DNA of 64,000 bases from Methanobacteriota archaeon (GTDB taxonomy: Archaea; Thermoplasmatota; Poseidoniia; Poseidoniales; Thalassarchaeaceae), in contig JAOMRN010000003.1 in assembly GCA_028355015.1 (NCBI GenBank), forward strand, positions 151,740 to 215,739. Reading direction: 5' to 3'. The position numbers and the translations under genes were made by a program. How positions within the stretch are numbered: position 1 is the first letter of the stretch; each line of letters begins with the position of its first letter. The notes under the pieces are model-generated. The model did not search any database, was not told where the DNA came from, and saw only the letters and a list, made by a program, of their open reading frames with translations. Below are positions 29,486 through 39,025 of this stretch, in pieces.

Positions 29486-29821
29486 TCAAATTTCATCAAA
29501 CTTAGATGCGAGAATGAAATCTGATTCTACCAAGCCATCAATTTTATGAGTATAGATTTTTGCTAAAACTCTACCCCATCCTAATTCAAAATCGGCATGA
29601 TGGTTTTGTTCTTCACAGATGTCTCCAGCATTATTTGTAAATTCTAATGCCTGTTTGAAATTATCAAATTCCCAAACTCTTTCCAGATGATGGCTATTGA
29701 CAATTTTCCAGTTATTGTTTAAGAGTTTGATAAATTCACCCATTTCATCTTCAGTTAATGGGGGGACCCCTCCTTGACATGGGATGCAAACTTTAGAAGA
29801 TAAATTAGTTACTTCATCCAT
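29486..29821 (-). CDS. pterin-4a-carbinolamine dehydratase (PCD/DCoH family)
   Basis: CIPCQGG..PLTEDE, then HHADFELGWGRV and YTHKIDGL. Start moved to MDEV at 29821, 1 nt after the upstream stop. Confidence 0.8.
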   Translation of the reverse strand: MDEVTNLSSKVCIPCQGGVPPLTEDEMGEFIKLLNNNWKIVNSHHLERVWEFDNFKQALEFTNNAGDICEEQNHHADFELGWGRVLAKIYTHKIDGLVESDFILASKFDEI

Positions 29822-29822
29822 A

Positions 29823-30275
29823 TTAATCCCACACATGATTATCATCTCTTCCATCCGCTTGTCTTTCCGCCGCTTCATGAAGATTTGAACGCCTACGCAT
29901 ATCTTCTTTTTCGAAAGTTAAAAGTTCCCTATCTTCGATATATGGTTTCCTTAAGTGTGTGATTAAACGTAATTCAACTATCACGTCTCTCGCTATTGAG
30001 CGGAAATCTCCATTTTCATCTAAAATTTCTATGACGTTTCTCGAGGTACCAACCAACATTCCTCTAATATATGGGTCTGAATCTTTAGGTAGTGCCCTAC
30101 CATCTAGCAATATTTCAATTAAATCATCTTTCCTTAAACCTGACTTTCTTTTAATCAATGGTCCTAGAAATATATCTTGTATAGTTTCTAATTCAGGTGA
30201 ACCGTATTCTTGATGTATTCGTTTTGCCCATTCGGGTAAATCAGTAACTTCTCTACTACGCCTCTCCGTACTCAT
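29823..30275 (-). CDS. hypothetical protein
   Basis: 150 aa, charged, no motif recognised. First gene of a four-gene minus-strand string. Confidence 0.45.
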   Translation of the reverse strand: MSTERRSREVTDLPEWAKRIHQEYGSPELETIQDIFLGPLIKRKSGLRKDDLIEILLDGRALPKDSDPYIRGMLVGTSRNVIEILDENGDFRSIARDVIVELRLITHLRKPYIEDRELLTFEKEDMRRRSNLHEAAERQADGRDDNHVWD

Positions 30276-30392
30276 ACCTCTCGGTTAACTATGTTATAGA
30301 AAAGCCAACGGGTTCAAAGATTGTAAGTAATAATCAACTAATGACTGTTGACTTGAAGTGGGATGGTATAGGCGGCAGATAGGGGAGAGACC

Positions 30393-31481
30393 ATGGCATC
30401 ACCACAGTGGAGAAGTATTCCGACCGTTCTTTTCCCTCAAGAAATTCTTGACAAGGCATTTCGCAAGGCATCTAAACAGGCTGATTTAGTCGAAGATCCA
30501 GACAAGTATCATCGTGTAAGGAAGCAAATGGTAAGAATGACTCAATCTGCTGCAGATACGATAGATACAACTCTTAGGACATGGGTGGATAAATGGCCTA
30601 GTCTCAACGCATTGTCGGAGTTTGATAGGGCTTTAATCGATGCAGCTGTAGGTAATGACGATTATCGTAAGAGTCTCGGTGCTATTCAATGGGCTGCCGA
30701 AAGGATTCGTAAAATTTCGGGTGAATCTGAATCGAAGATACTTCGTATTAGGAATATAGAAGGTTTCCATGAAGCAAGAAGACATGCTTATGGGCGTATT
30801 TCTTCTATTGTTCATCAAATTTCACCTCAGATTATATGGCTTGGTGAGGCAAGAGACATACTTCGAAAATTACCCTCCGTTGATTCAGCGGAACCTGTTA
30901 TTGTAGTAGCCGGTTCACCAAATGTAGGTAAGTCTGCTCTAATTGGTGCCTTATCATCTGGTGAACCAGAAGTTGCTGCTTATCCATTCACTACTAAGCA
31001 ATTACACTTAGGACATTTCATGCATAGGAGGAGACCGTATCAAATGGTAGATACTCCTGGTTTACTAGACAGGCCAATGGAAGAGAGGAATTTGATAGAA
31101 ATGCAAGCAATAGCCGCATTGGAGAATGTAGGTGATGTTTTGGTATTCCTTATCGATGCCAGTGAAACAGGGGGGACCTCTTTAGATGAGCAATTGAGTC
31201 TTCTAAGGGAAGTAAGAAGTCTAGTTACTGAAAGACCAATAATCGTAGCTCATTCTAAATCAGATCTTCTTAAGATAACACCTGTAGATGCAGAATATCT
31301 GTTATCTACTGTTAATGGTGAAGGTATAGAGGAATTTCGCGCTATTTTAATTGATATCATTGGTGCTGATGTGATAGAAGATCCTCTTTCATTACCTGAC
31401 AACTGGCATGTTGAAGAGAAGAGCCTTGAGCCCTTAGGAACCAAGTATGAGATTGAAAAACGAAGAGAAATTGATAATTAA
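30393..31481 (+). CDS. NOG1-family GTP-binding protein
   Basis: G1 VVAGSPNVGKSALI, G3 DTPGLLDRP, G4-like HSKSD, and an N-terminal NOG1-type helical region. Confidence 0.8.
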   Translation: MASPQWRSIPTVLFPQEILDKAFRKASKQADLVEDPDKYHRVRKQMVRMTQSAADTIDTTLRTWVDKWPSLNALSEFDRALIDAAVGNDDYRKSLGAIQWAAERIRKISGESESKILRIRNIEGFHEARRHAYGRISSIVHQISPQIIWLGEARDILRKLPSVDSAEPVIVVAGSPNVGKSALIGALSSGEPEVAAYPFTTKQLHLGHFMHRRRPYQMVDTPGLLDRPMEERNLIEMQAIAALENVGDVLVFLIDASETGGTSLDEQLSLLREVRSLVTERPIIVAHSKSDLLKITPVDAEYLLSTVNGEGIEEFRAILIDIIGADVIEDPLSLPDNWHVEEKSLEPLGTKYEIEKRREIDN

Positions 31482-31486
31482 TTAGT

Positions 31487-31597
31487 TTACATGCCATTGA
31501 TTACCACATGTTTTACAATATAAGTCAAATCCACCATAGGATTTCTGTAGACCACTAATATCAATTGATGTGCCACAGTTGCTACACACTTCACTCA
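31487..31597 (-). CDS. small ORF (36 aa) with an N-terminal CxxC motif; not in the ORF track
   Basis: ATG preceded by GAGGTGG about 8 nt upstream. Encodes MSEVCSNCGTSIVLVVYRNPMVDLTYIVKHVVINGM. A second CxxC lies in another frame (see findings). Confidence 0.3.
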
Positions 31598-31647
31598 TGA
31601 TACTTCCACCTCATTCTGGTTATTCAAATACACTATACTAAAATCAC

Positions 31648-32262
31648 TCATTTATTTCGAAATTTATCAAATAATTTTCTTATTGGAAAAGCCATTTCTC
31701 CTGCTCCAATAACTAAAGTAACAGATATAACTACAAGTATCAATTCTACTTTCCAATCAAAACTTATTTCAACACTTGTTGTTAAAACTTGCATGTCTCC
31801 GATATCTGCTCCTTCTCTTCCTCCTGTGATTATATGATATTTCTCCGTTCCTATATCCCAACTCAAAGTACCATCTTCTTCATCCTCGCCGCCTACTATT
31901 ATGAATTCTTCAACGTCATCTGCTGTGCATTCAGTAATCTTAGTTTCACTATCCGGAGGACAATTTACATATGCTTCAGTTCCAACGATTGCAAACCATG
32001 CCTCATTTTCTTCCGACCATGTAATATCTAAATCAATATCAAGTAGGCTGAATATCATAGGTGGATTTATTACTTCTGTCATTGCGATAAAACAGATTTC
32101 CGAATCATCAACTTCGCAAGGCACCTGAGGTATAGTGCTAGCCTCTTCTGGTAGTGATACGCCGATCAGGCTCCCAATGAGCATAATCCCGCAAATAATC
32201 CCCACAGCGCCGGGTAGTACGGAGAGTATTCTTACCATCATATTAATCACTACAATTCGCAA
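31648..32262 (-). CDS. hypothetical membrane-anchored acidic protein
   Basis: N-terminal and C-terminal TM helices flank an acidic ectodomain. Confidence 0.45.
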   Translation of the reverse strand: MRIVVINMMVRILSVLPGAVGIICGIMLIGSLIGVSLPEEASTIPQVPCEVDDSEICFIAMTEVINPPMIFSLLDIDLDITWSEENEAWFAIVGTEAYVNCPPDSETKITECTADDVEEFIIVGGEDEEDGTLSWDIGTEKYHIITGGREGADIGDMQVLTTSVEISFDWKVELILVVISVTLVIGAGEMAFPIRKLFDKFRNK

Positions 32263-32268
32263 CTTAAT

Positions 32269-32577
32269 TTAAATTAATGCCCCTACAACTTGTATTAATA
32301 TAGGTACTAAGAATACTGCTACTCCTACATACAATAAGATAGAGAGTCTTTTTCTTGATTTTTCCTTTCTTTTTTGTGTTGCATCGCAATCTTGCTTATT
32401 GCATATTGAGGGTTCATTGTTAATTGGTATAGGGATAGAGCAAATTACACAATGTTTGTGCGATTCAAATGATACGCTATTTTTACCTCTAATTCTTTTC
32501 TTAGAAGTAGTTGCTGCTTCCTTTGCTTGATTCGCGGTTCTTGTGGCCATTTTAGCAATCTTTTCGGCTCTGCTCAT
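32269..32577 (-). CDS. hypothetical tail-anchored protein with a Cys/His cluster
   Basis: HKHCVICS...ICNKQDC, a basic linker, then a C-terminal TM helix. ATGA overlap with the pyrH stop. Confidence 0.45.
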   Translation of the reverse strand: MSRAEKIAKMATRTANQAKEAATTSKKRIRGKNSVSFESHKHCVICSIPIPINNEPSICNKQDCDATQKRKEKSRKRLSILLYVGVAVFLVPILIQVVGALI

Positions 32578-33287
32578 ATTTTCCCCTCCGATGAAACTAC
32601 AGTCCCTTCAAAATCATCGCCTTCCATTGCTTGCCTGATTCTTTTGGTCACTCTTCCGTCTAAAATATTTAATTCCATTTTCGCATTGAGAGCCTCTGAA
32701 ACCCCAATCGGATCAACCACACTAGATTGTCCTGCTTTTTCATGCTCAGCAGGACCAACAATTTTTTGTAATTCAAGATGAGTCAGGTATTCATGAGATT
32801 TCGCATTTGGATTTAATCTTGGATCCTCATCATATACTTTCTCGACATTTGTTGCTATAATACATTTTTTAGCATTGGCGGCAATTGCAAATCTAATCGC
32901 AACTGCATCGGTAGTATGTCCAGGAATCGTCCCTCCCATGATGACTACTGGTATTTCTTCGAGTAATTGCACCGCCTCGTTTACACTCGATGGAATAATT
33001 CCTGAGACTGTAATCCCAGCTTCTGAAACTGCTTCTCTAATTATGGTGGCATTTAGTCTGGTCGCAGCGATGCCTATTTTGTCTAAATGATAATCATCAT
33101 CAATCAAAGGTCTCACCAGACTTATTCCTTCTCTAGCAGGAGCGCCTCCTCCTATTACTAGTCCTAATCTGTCACCCATTGCTACTCTATCTCTAATTAT
33201 TGATATCAAATCATCTAACCATATGTGCTTATTCTCTATTTCAGGACGTAGTAAACTCCCGCCTAGAGCCGCCACAATGCTTGTCAT
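32574..33287 (-). CDS. pyrH: UMP kinase, archaeal type
   Basis: ALGGSLL, VIGGGAPAR, MGGTIPGHTTDAVA, and KAGQSSVVDP, as in archaeal UMP kinases. Confidence 0.9.
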   Translation of the reverse strand: MTSIVAALGGSLLRPEIENKHIWLDDLISIIRDRVAMGDRLGLVIGGGAPAREGISLVRPLIDDDYHLDKIGIAATRLNATIIREAVSEAGITVSGIIPSSVNEAVQLLEEIPVVIMGGTIPGHTTDAVAIRFAIAANAKKCIIATNVEKVYDEDPRLNPNAKSHEYLTHLELQKIVGPAEHEKAGQSSVVDPIGVSEALNAKMELNILDGRVTKRIRQAMEGDDFEGTVVSSEGKI

Positions 33288-33386
33288 CGTGCATTCGGCT
33301 ACACTGCTTCTCTATCAATGTCTAGGCTTATGTTGAGGATGAAGGGTTGAAATGCCGGCCTCTTTGGCAATACACGAGGGTAGACT

Positions 33387-34634
33387 ATGTCCGAAGACTT
33401 GGAGATGCAAAAACGTAAACTTCGTGCACGCAAGACTCTCGAAGAAGTTTCGAAAATGAGAGGTATGGGTACTGAGTTAGTTACTGTCATCATACCTCCT
33501 GAAAAGATGTTGTCTGATGTTCGCCATCATTTAATCCAAGAAGGAGGTCAGGCTGCAAATATCAAGTCTAAAGGTACACGTAAGCATGTTACAGATGCGA
33601 TTGAGTCAGCAGTTTCTACTTTAGGGAGGTACAAAACTCCTGGTGAAAGAGGGATTGCCCTATTCGTAGGACATGTAATTACAGGTAATAATAAAACTAG
33701 ACTAATATCGGTTGTTGTAGATGACCCACCTGAGGCGTTTCCATCATTCAGATATAGGTGTGACTCATCTTTTGAGGCATCTCAACTTGAGGCTATGTTA
33801 ATCGATAAAACCGCTTATGGTTTATTCGTTATTGATCGGTCTGAATCAGCTTATGGTTTGGCATCTGGTAAAAAGCATCATTGTCAGGAACATATTACTT
33901 CTCAAGTTCCATCTAAACACGGTAGAGGTGGTCAATCTGCTCAACGTTTTGAAAGATTAATCGAAGAAGCCGCTCATAACTTTTTCAAAAAATCTGCAGA
34001 AAGAGCCTGTGCATATTGGCTTCCTATGATTGATGATTTGAAAGGCATCATTATTGGAGGCCCGGGAGCAACTAAAGATTTTCTTGTGAGGAATGATTAC
34101 TTCCATCATGAGATAAAGAAGTTGATTAGAGAACCACACTTTGATGTAGGATATTCAAATGATTCTGGTTTAAGAGAATTAATTCAACGTGCTGGTGGAT
34201 TAATGGATCAGATTGAACTTGATGTGGAAAGAAAGTTAGTAGATAACTTCCTAAGAGAAGTTATGCAAACACATCCTAAGGCGACATATGGTGAAATGAT
34301 GGTCCGTAATGCCCTAGATCAAGGTGCAGTTGCTACAATATTATTGTCCGAAGGTTTACGGAAAAGAAGAGTAGGATGGATCTGTAAATCATGCTCAAAT
34401 GAATGGAGCCAGACTCATAATAATTTGACAGATATCCCTGATTGCCCTAAATGTAATTCTGATAACTTAATAGAAGACCCTGATAAAACAATGGATTTGA
34501 TAGATGAATTAACAGAATTAGCTACACATACTTCCGCTAAGGTGACCTTAGTCTCCATGGATACAGAAGAGGGTGCAACATTACAAAATTCATTCGGTGG
34601 AATTGCTGCTATGTTGAGGTATGCTTGGTCATGA
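33387..34634 (+). CDS. prf1: peptide chain release factor aRF1
   Basis: NIKS (AANIKSKG) and GGQ (GRGGQSAQRF) motifs. Confidence 0.95.
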   Translation: MSEDLEMQKRKLRARKTLEEVSKMRGMGTELVTVIIPPEKMLSDVRHHLIQEGGQAANIKSKGTRKHVTDAIESAVSTLGRYKTPGERGIALFVGHVITGNNKTRLISVVVDDPPEAFPSFRYRCDSSFEASQLEAMLIDKTAYGLFVIDRSESAYGLASGKKHHCQEHITSQVPSKHGRGGQSAQRFERLIEEAAHNFFKKSAERACAYWLPMIDDLKGIIIGGPGATKDFLVRNDYFHHEIKKLIREPHFDVGYSNDSGLRELIQRAGGLMDQIELDVERKLVDNFLREVMQTHPKATYGEMMVRNALDQGAVATILLSEGLRKRRVGWICKSCSNEWSQTHNNLTDIPDCPKCNSDNLIEDPDKTMDLIDELTELATHTSAKVTLVSMDTEEGATLQNSFGGIAAMLRYAWS

Positions 34635-34643
34635 GGTGATAGC

Positions 34644-36371
34644 ATGAGAAATCTTCGTAGTGAAATTATTCCTATTCTCTCTAAAACTATGATGAATTTA
34701 GGCATAGAAGAAAATGACTGGTTAAGTCTAATAGGTAACGCTACAGATTCATCTCATGGTGATATTGCCCTTCCTTGTCATTCATTATCTAGGATATTGA
34801 GAAAATCTCCTAATATTATTGCAGACGATATTTCATCAGACTTAACCGATAAGTTATCGAATGTCGCTACAACTACCTCAATTAATGGTTTTGTTAACTT
34901 TAAAGCCACTAATTTTTGGTTATCTAATCAAGTTTCGAAAATTAACTTCGATTCTAAGTTAGGAGTGAAAATAGAAAATAAAAAAACCATAATAATTGAT
35001 TATTCCTCACCCAATGTTGCTAAAAGAATGCATGTAGGCCATTTGCGTTCCACTGTAATAGGGGATGCTCTAGCGAGAATTCTAACATACAAAGGTCATC
35101 GAGTGATAGGTGAGAATCACATAGGAGACTGGGGGACTCCTTTTGGAATGCTGATTGAGCATTTCCTTGAATGCGAAGATGTAGAGGTAAAAGATATCGA
35201 TCTTAAGAATTTCTATAAAGATGCAAGGTATAAATTTGATAATTCCAAAGATTTCGCAATTCGCTCACGTGAGCGTGTAGTAAAACTTCAGTCCAAGGAA
35301 CCAGAGACGATTGTACTATGGAAGGAATTAGTTGATATTTCTTTATTACATTTCAATGAAGTTTATCGCATGTTAGATGTATTACTCAATGACGATAATT
35401 TAGCAGGAGAATCAATTTATGAAGATTTGCTTCCCGAAGTAGTTGATAGATTGAGTAATCAGGATATGATTGAAGAAAGTGACGGGGCTCTTGTAGTATT
35501 CCCTGAAGGTTGGCTAAATCGTGAGAAAGAACCATTGCCTCTAATTATTCGTAAAGGAGACGGTGGCTATAACTACGCTACAAGTGACCTTGCCTGTATC
35601 ATAAATCGTGTAGAGAATGTAGGGGGGACTGAATTTCTATATGTTGTAGGTGCCGAGCAGTCACAACATTTTGACATGGTCTTCCAAGTTGCTAGACAGG
35701 CAAATTTCATGGATGATTCCATTAAATCTGTACATATTCCTTTTGGCCTAGTTGTAGGTTCAGATGGTAAAAAACTTGCTAGTAGGGACGGTGAAGCAAT
35801 CAGTTTGAAAGAGTTACTTGAGGAATCTATCGTCAGAGCCAATAAATCTATTTTAGAAAAAAATCCAGATATTTCTGAATCAGAAAGAGCAGAGATCTCG
35901 AGAATGATCGGAATAGGCTCAGTAAAGTACGCGGATCTTTCGGTCGATAGAAACAAAAATTATGTTTTTGATTGGGATAAAATGCTCTCTTTCGAGGGCA
36001 ATACTGCTCCTTATCTACAGTATGCTCATGCTAGAATTTGTAGTATTTTCAGAAAAGCCTCAATTCAGAGAGAAGATTTTACTAATAACGAAATATCCAT
36101 AATGAATGATAATGAAAGTTCACTTTCTAAAACTCTAATTGGATTTTCTGCAGCTATTGATGAGTCAATAAATAATTATGCTCCTCACCGTTTAGCAGTA
36201 TATTTACATAAATTAGCTCAAGATTTTGCATCTTTCTATGAGAATTGTCCAGTATTGGTAATTGATGATAAATCTACAATGAATAGCCGATTAGCCCTGT
36301 GTAGTCTAACTGCTAGGACTTTGAGCACTGGACTTAATCTTCTTGGAATAGATTCACCCGAGAGAATGTAG
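34644..36371 (+). CDS. argS: arginyl-tRNA synthetase
   Basis: SSPNVAKRMHVGHLRS (HIGH), YLQYAHARI, and a C-terminal anticodon-binding domain ending in M. Confidence 0.9.
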   Translation: MRNLRSEIIPILSKTMMNLGIEENDWLSLIGNATDSSHGDIALPCHSLSRILRKSPNIIADDISSDLTDKLSNVATTTSINGFVNFKATNFWLSNQVSKINFDSKLGVKIENKKTIIIDYSSPNVAKRMHVGHLRSTVIGDALARILTYKGHRVIGENHIGDWGTPFGMLIEHFLECEDVEVKDIDLKNFYKDARYKFDNSKDFAIRSRERVVKLQSKEPETIVLWKELVDISLLHFNEVYRMLDVLLNDDNLAGESIYEDLLPEVVDRLSNQDMIEESDGALVVFPEGWLNREKEPLPLIIRKGDGGYNYATSDLACIINRVENVGGTEFLYVVGAEQSQHFDMVFQVARQANFMDDSIKSVHIPFGLVVGSDGKKLASRDGEAISLKELLEESIVRANKSILEKNPDISESERAEISRMIGIGSVKYADLSVDRNKNYVFDWDKMLSFEGNTAPYLQYAHARICSIFRKASIQREDFTNNEISIMNDNESSLSKTLIGFSAAIDESINNYAPHRLAVYLHKLAQDFASFYENCPVLVIDDKSTMNSRLALCSLTARTLSTGLNLLGIDSPERM

Positions 36372-36678
36372 TCAAATCTCTAGCTTCTTTTATCCCCCCT
36401 CTTACTGTTGAAAGACGTTTTTCATAATTCATTAAGACCCAAAATGGTATTACATCAACTTCTTTTTTTATCCATTCTAAATTATTTATTAAATTCTCTG
36501 AATCAGAATTATCTAAGGAAATTTTTCTGACTGGAATTTGGTTTATTAGATGATTATTTGATTCTAAATACTTTTCAACTTCCACGCAATCTTGACATGT
36601 TTTTCTTGTAATTAGTAACATAATAAATGGTTCAAAGAGTGTTTTTTCCCAGTCTTCGAATGTTACAATCTGTTTCAT
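36334..36678 (-). CDS. thioredoxin-fold protein (CxxC)
   Basis: TRKTCQDCVEVEKYL. 38-nt convergent overlap with argS. Confidence 0.4.
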   Translation of the reverse strand: MKQIVTFEDWEKTLFEPFIMLLITRKTCQDCVEVEKYLESNNHLINQIPVRKISLDNSDSENLINNLEWIKKEVDVIPFWVLMNYEKRLSTVRGGIKEARDLTTFSRVNLFQED

Positions 36679-36710
36679 TATACCCTACCCCAAGAGACGG
36701 TTATCTTTGA

Positions 36711-37193
36711 ATGGACCTATCTCTCCGCAAGGTTATGGTTTCAGTAGGCGATGTAGCACCAAATTTTACTTTGATGGCAAATGACAGGAATATGGTCACT
36801 TTGAGTGACTCAATTGGAAATAAAGTAGTGCTTGCATTTTACCCAGCGGCATTTACTGGAGTATGTACTACTGAAATGTGTACTTTCACTGATTCAATGT
36901 CTAAGTTTGACGGAATGGAAGTCGAAGTTTTTGGCATTAGTGTTGATTCTATTTTTTCTAATAATGAGTTTGCAAATAATAACTCAATAGGCTTCCCTTT
37001 ACTATCCGATGTCAATAGAGAGGCTACTAATTCTTATGGTGTAGGAATTAGTTTTGTTATGCCAGGGTATGTGGCGTCTCAGAGATCAGTTTTCATTATT
37101 GATGAAGATGGCCGAATAGGCTATGCATGGGTTGCTGAAAATCCAGGTATAGAGCCTAATTATCAAGAAATAATCGATTACTGTAAAAAATAG
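36711..37193 (+). CDS. peroxiredoxin (AhpC/TSA, Bcp-like)
   Basis: VGDVAPNF and FYPAAFTGVCTTEMC. Alternative start at ATG 36735. Confidence 0.85.
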   Translation: MDLSLRKVMVSVGDVAPNFTLMANDRNMVTLSDSIGNKVVLAFYPAAFTGVCTTEMCTFTDSMSKFDGMEVEVFGISVDSIFSNNEFANNNSIGFPLLSDVNREATNSYGVGISFVMPGYVASQRSVFIIDEDGRIGYAWVAENPGIEPNYQEIIDYCKK

Positions 37194-37218
37194 TCATTTA
37201 TTCGTTCTAATTATTGAA

Positions 37219-37791
37219 TTACCTGACTTCTTCACCGGACCATCTTTTACCTAGATTGTGTTCAATATTTAGTTGATCTAATATTCTTGCAACTACAAAA
37301 TCGATTAGCTCATCGATCGTTTTAGGGCTATGGTAGAATCCTGGGCTAGCGGGTAAAATTACAACTCCCCATGTTGACATTTTTGTCATTGCTTCTAGAT
37401 GTGCTGTTGCAAAAGGCGTTTCTCTCGGTACAATAATCAGTTTCCTTCTCTCTTTCAATGCTACTAATGCACTTCTTGTTGCAAGATTGTCGGAAATTCC
37501 TGCTGCGATTTTTCCGATAGTTGTACCACTTGTCGGACAAATAATATATGCGTCAAATTTAGCAGATCCTGAAGCAGGTCTTGCAGCTAAATTTTTGTTA
37601 TCTTGTAAGGTAACTCCTTTAATTTTGGATAAATCTTCAGGCGTCATATCACACTCTAAGTGTAAGTTTATTGCACCTGCGTTGGTGACTATCAAATCAA
37701 CTTCCCATGATGCCTCCGATAATGCTTGCACTAGTCTTACTGCATACTGGGCACCAGATGCGCCAGTTAGGGCTACAACTGCGGAAGGCAT
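37219..37791 (-). CDS. ubiX: flavin prenyltransferase UbiX
   Basis: VALTGASGAQYAVRL N-terminus. Flavoprotein family, 190 aa. Confidence 0.85.
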   Translation of the reverse strand: MPSAVVALTGASGAQYAVRLVQALSEASWEVDLIVTNAGAINLHLECDMTPEDLSKIKGVTLQDNKNLAARPASGSAKFDAYIICPTSGTTIGKIAAGISDNLATRSALVALKERRKLIIVPRETPFATAHLEAMTKMSTWGVVILPASPGFYHSPKTIDELIDFVVARILDQLNIEHNLGKRWSGEEVR

Positions 37792-37834
37792 GATTTGTCG
37801 TACGAACTAGACATCTTGAAGTATTGCTTAATTT

Positions 37835-39025
37835 TCATAGACATTTTTCAAGAATTTTTGCTAAAAATCGATATTCATTTTCACTATTGTACAATTGAGC
37901 CGAGATTCTTATGTATCTACCCTCTGGATTTGGCCAATACCAAACTGGGACTTGTATCTTATATTTTTCTAAGAGTTCCAAATGAAGTGGGTCGGGTTCA
38001 TGTAATTCTACTCCATTAATGGCTTTTGAAGAGATTTTAATCGTGGCGATACTAGATATCATGTCATCTGGACACGGTGGAGAAATTCCGAGTTTTTCAC
38101 ATATTATTTTTCTTCCTTTTATCGCGAGTTTGTTGTTATGAATCATTATTTCATCCCAATTCATATTGACTAATTTTGTGATTTCTTTTACTATAAACGG
38201 TAACGTACATAATGCGGAAACATCTCTTGTCCCCGTCCAATCAAATTCATGACGAAATCTAGTTGAGTTACCTAGAGGAATAGTCATCCCATGGCTGATT
38301 ACTAGAGGGTGAATTAAATGTTGTAAATCTTTCCTGACATGTAGGAAAGCGGCTCCTTTCGGTGCAAATAGCCATTTATGGCAATTACTAGTTGTAAAAG
38401 AAGCTCCAATATTTTCTAAATCCAAAGGAATCATTCCTATTCCATGTGCTGCATCAAGTAGGACATTTATTCCTTTAGATTCTAGTAAACTAACGAGTTC
38501 TTTGAATGGCATGAGAAGTCCTGTCGGGCTAGTTACCGTATCTATCATTGCTAATTTCGTTTTTTCAGTTACACATTCCATTATGTTGTCAATAATTATC
38601 TGTTTTTCAGAAATCGGAAATGGTATTTCACAAGTAATTACTACTGCACCTGATTTCTCTGCAATATAATCGATAGTATTCCTACATGCTTGGTATGCAT
38701 GATTCGGAACAATTATTTCATCTCCCTTTTCAAAATTTAAAGATCTTAGTATCGTATTTACACCTGAAGTCGCATTTTCAATAAGTGCTAAATCATTATG
38801 GTCGCAATTTACTAAATCTGCTATTGCTTTGCGTGAATTTATCAATGCATCTGGAGCAATTTCTTCGAAGAATTTCACAGGATCTCTTTCTAAAAGAAGT
38901 TGCCAGCGCCTCTGTTCTTCCAAAACTATTTCTGGTGTAGCTCCGAATGAACCATGATTCAAAAAAATAGTTTCTTCGTCTAAAATCCAATATTTTGACA
39001 ATTCATTTTCTCTAATCTGCTTCAT
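37835..39025 (-). CDS. class V aminotransferase-fold PLP enzyme (isopenicillin-N epimerase / cysteine desulfurase-like)
   Basis: PLP-lysine block SNCHKWLFAPKGAAFL. Start moved to MKQIREN at 39025, which overlaps the lipB stop as ATGA. Confidence 0.75.
   Translation of the reverse strand: MKQIRENELSKYWILDEETIFLNHGSFGATPEIVLEEQRRWQLLLERDPVKFFEEIAPDALINSRKAIADLVNCDHNDLALIENATSGVNTILRSLNFEKGDEIIVPNHAYQACRNTIDYIAEKSGAVVITCEIPFPISEKQIIIDNIMECVTEKTKLAMIDTVTSPTGLLMPFKELVSLLESKGINVLLDAAHGIGMIPLDLENIGASFTTSNCHKWLFAPKGAAFLHVRKDLQHLIHPLVISHGMTIPLGNSTRFRHEFDWTGTRDVSALCTLPFIVKEITKLVNMNWDEIMIHNNKLAIKGRKIICEKLGISPPCPDDMISSIATIKISSKAINGVELHEPDPLHLELLEKYKIQVPVWYWPNPEGRYIRISAQLYNSENEYRFLAKILEKCL

Noticed and set aside
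29822-29878. N-terminal extension (MKRRKDKRMEEMIIMCGIN) of the PCD ORF
   Set aside because: It overlaps the upstream gene by 56 nt. The internal ATG at 29821 sits 1 nt after that gene's stop and leaves the full PCD domain intact.
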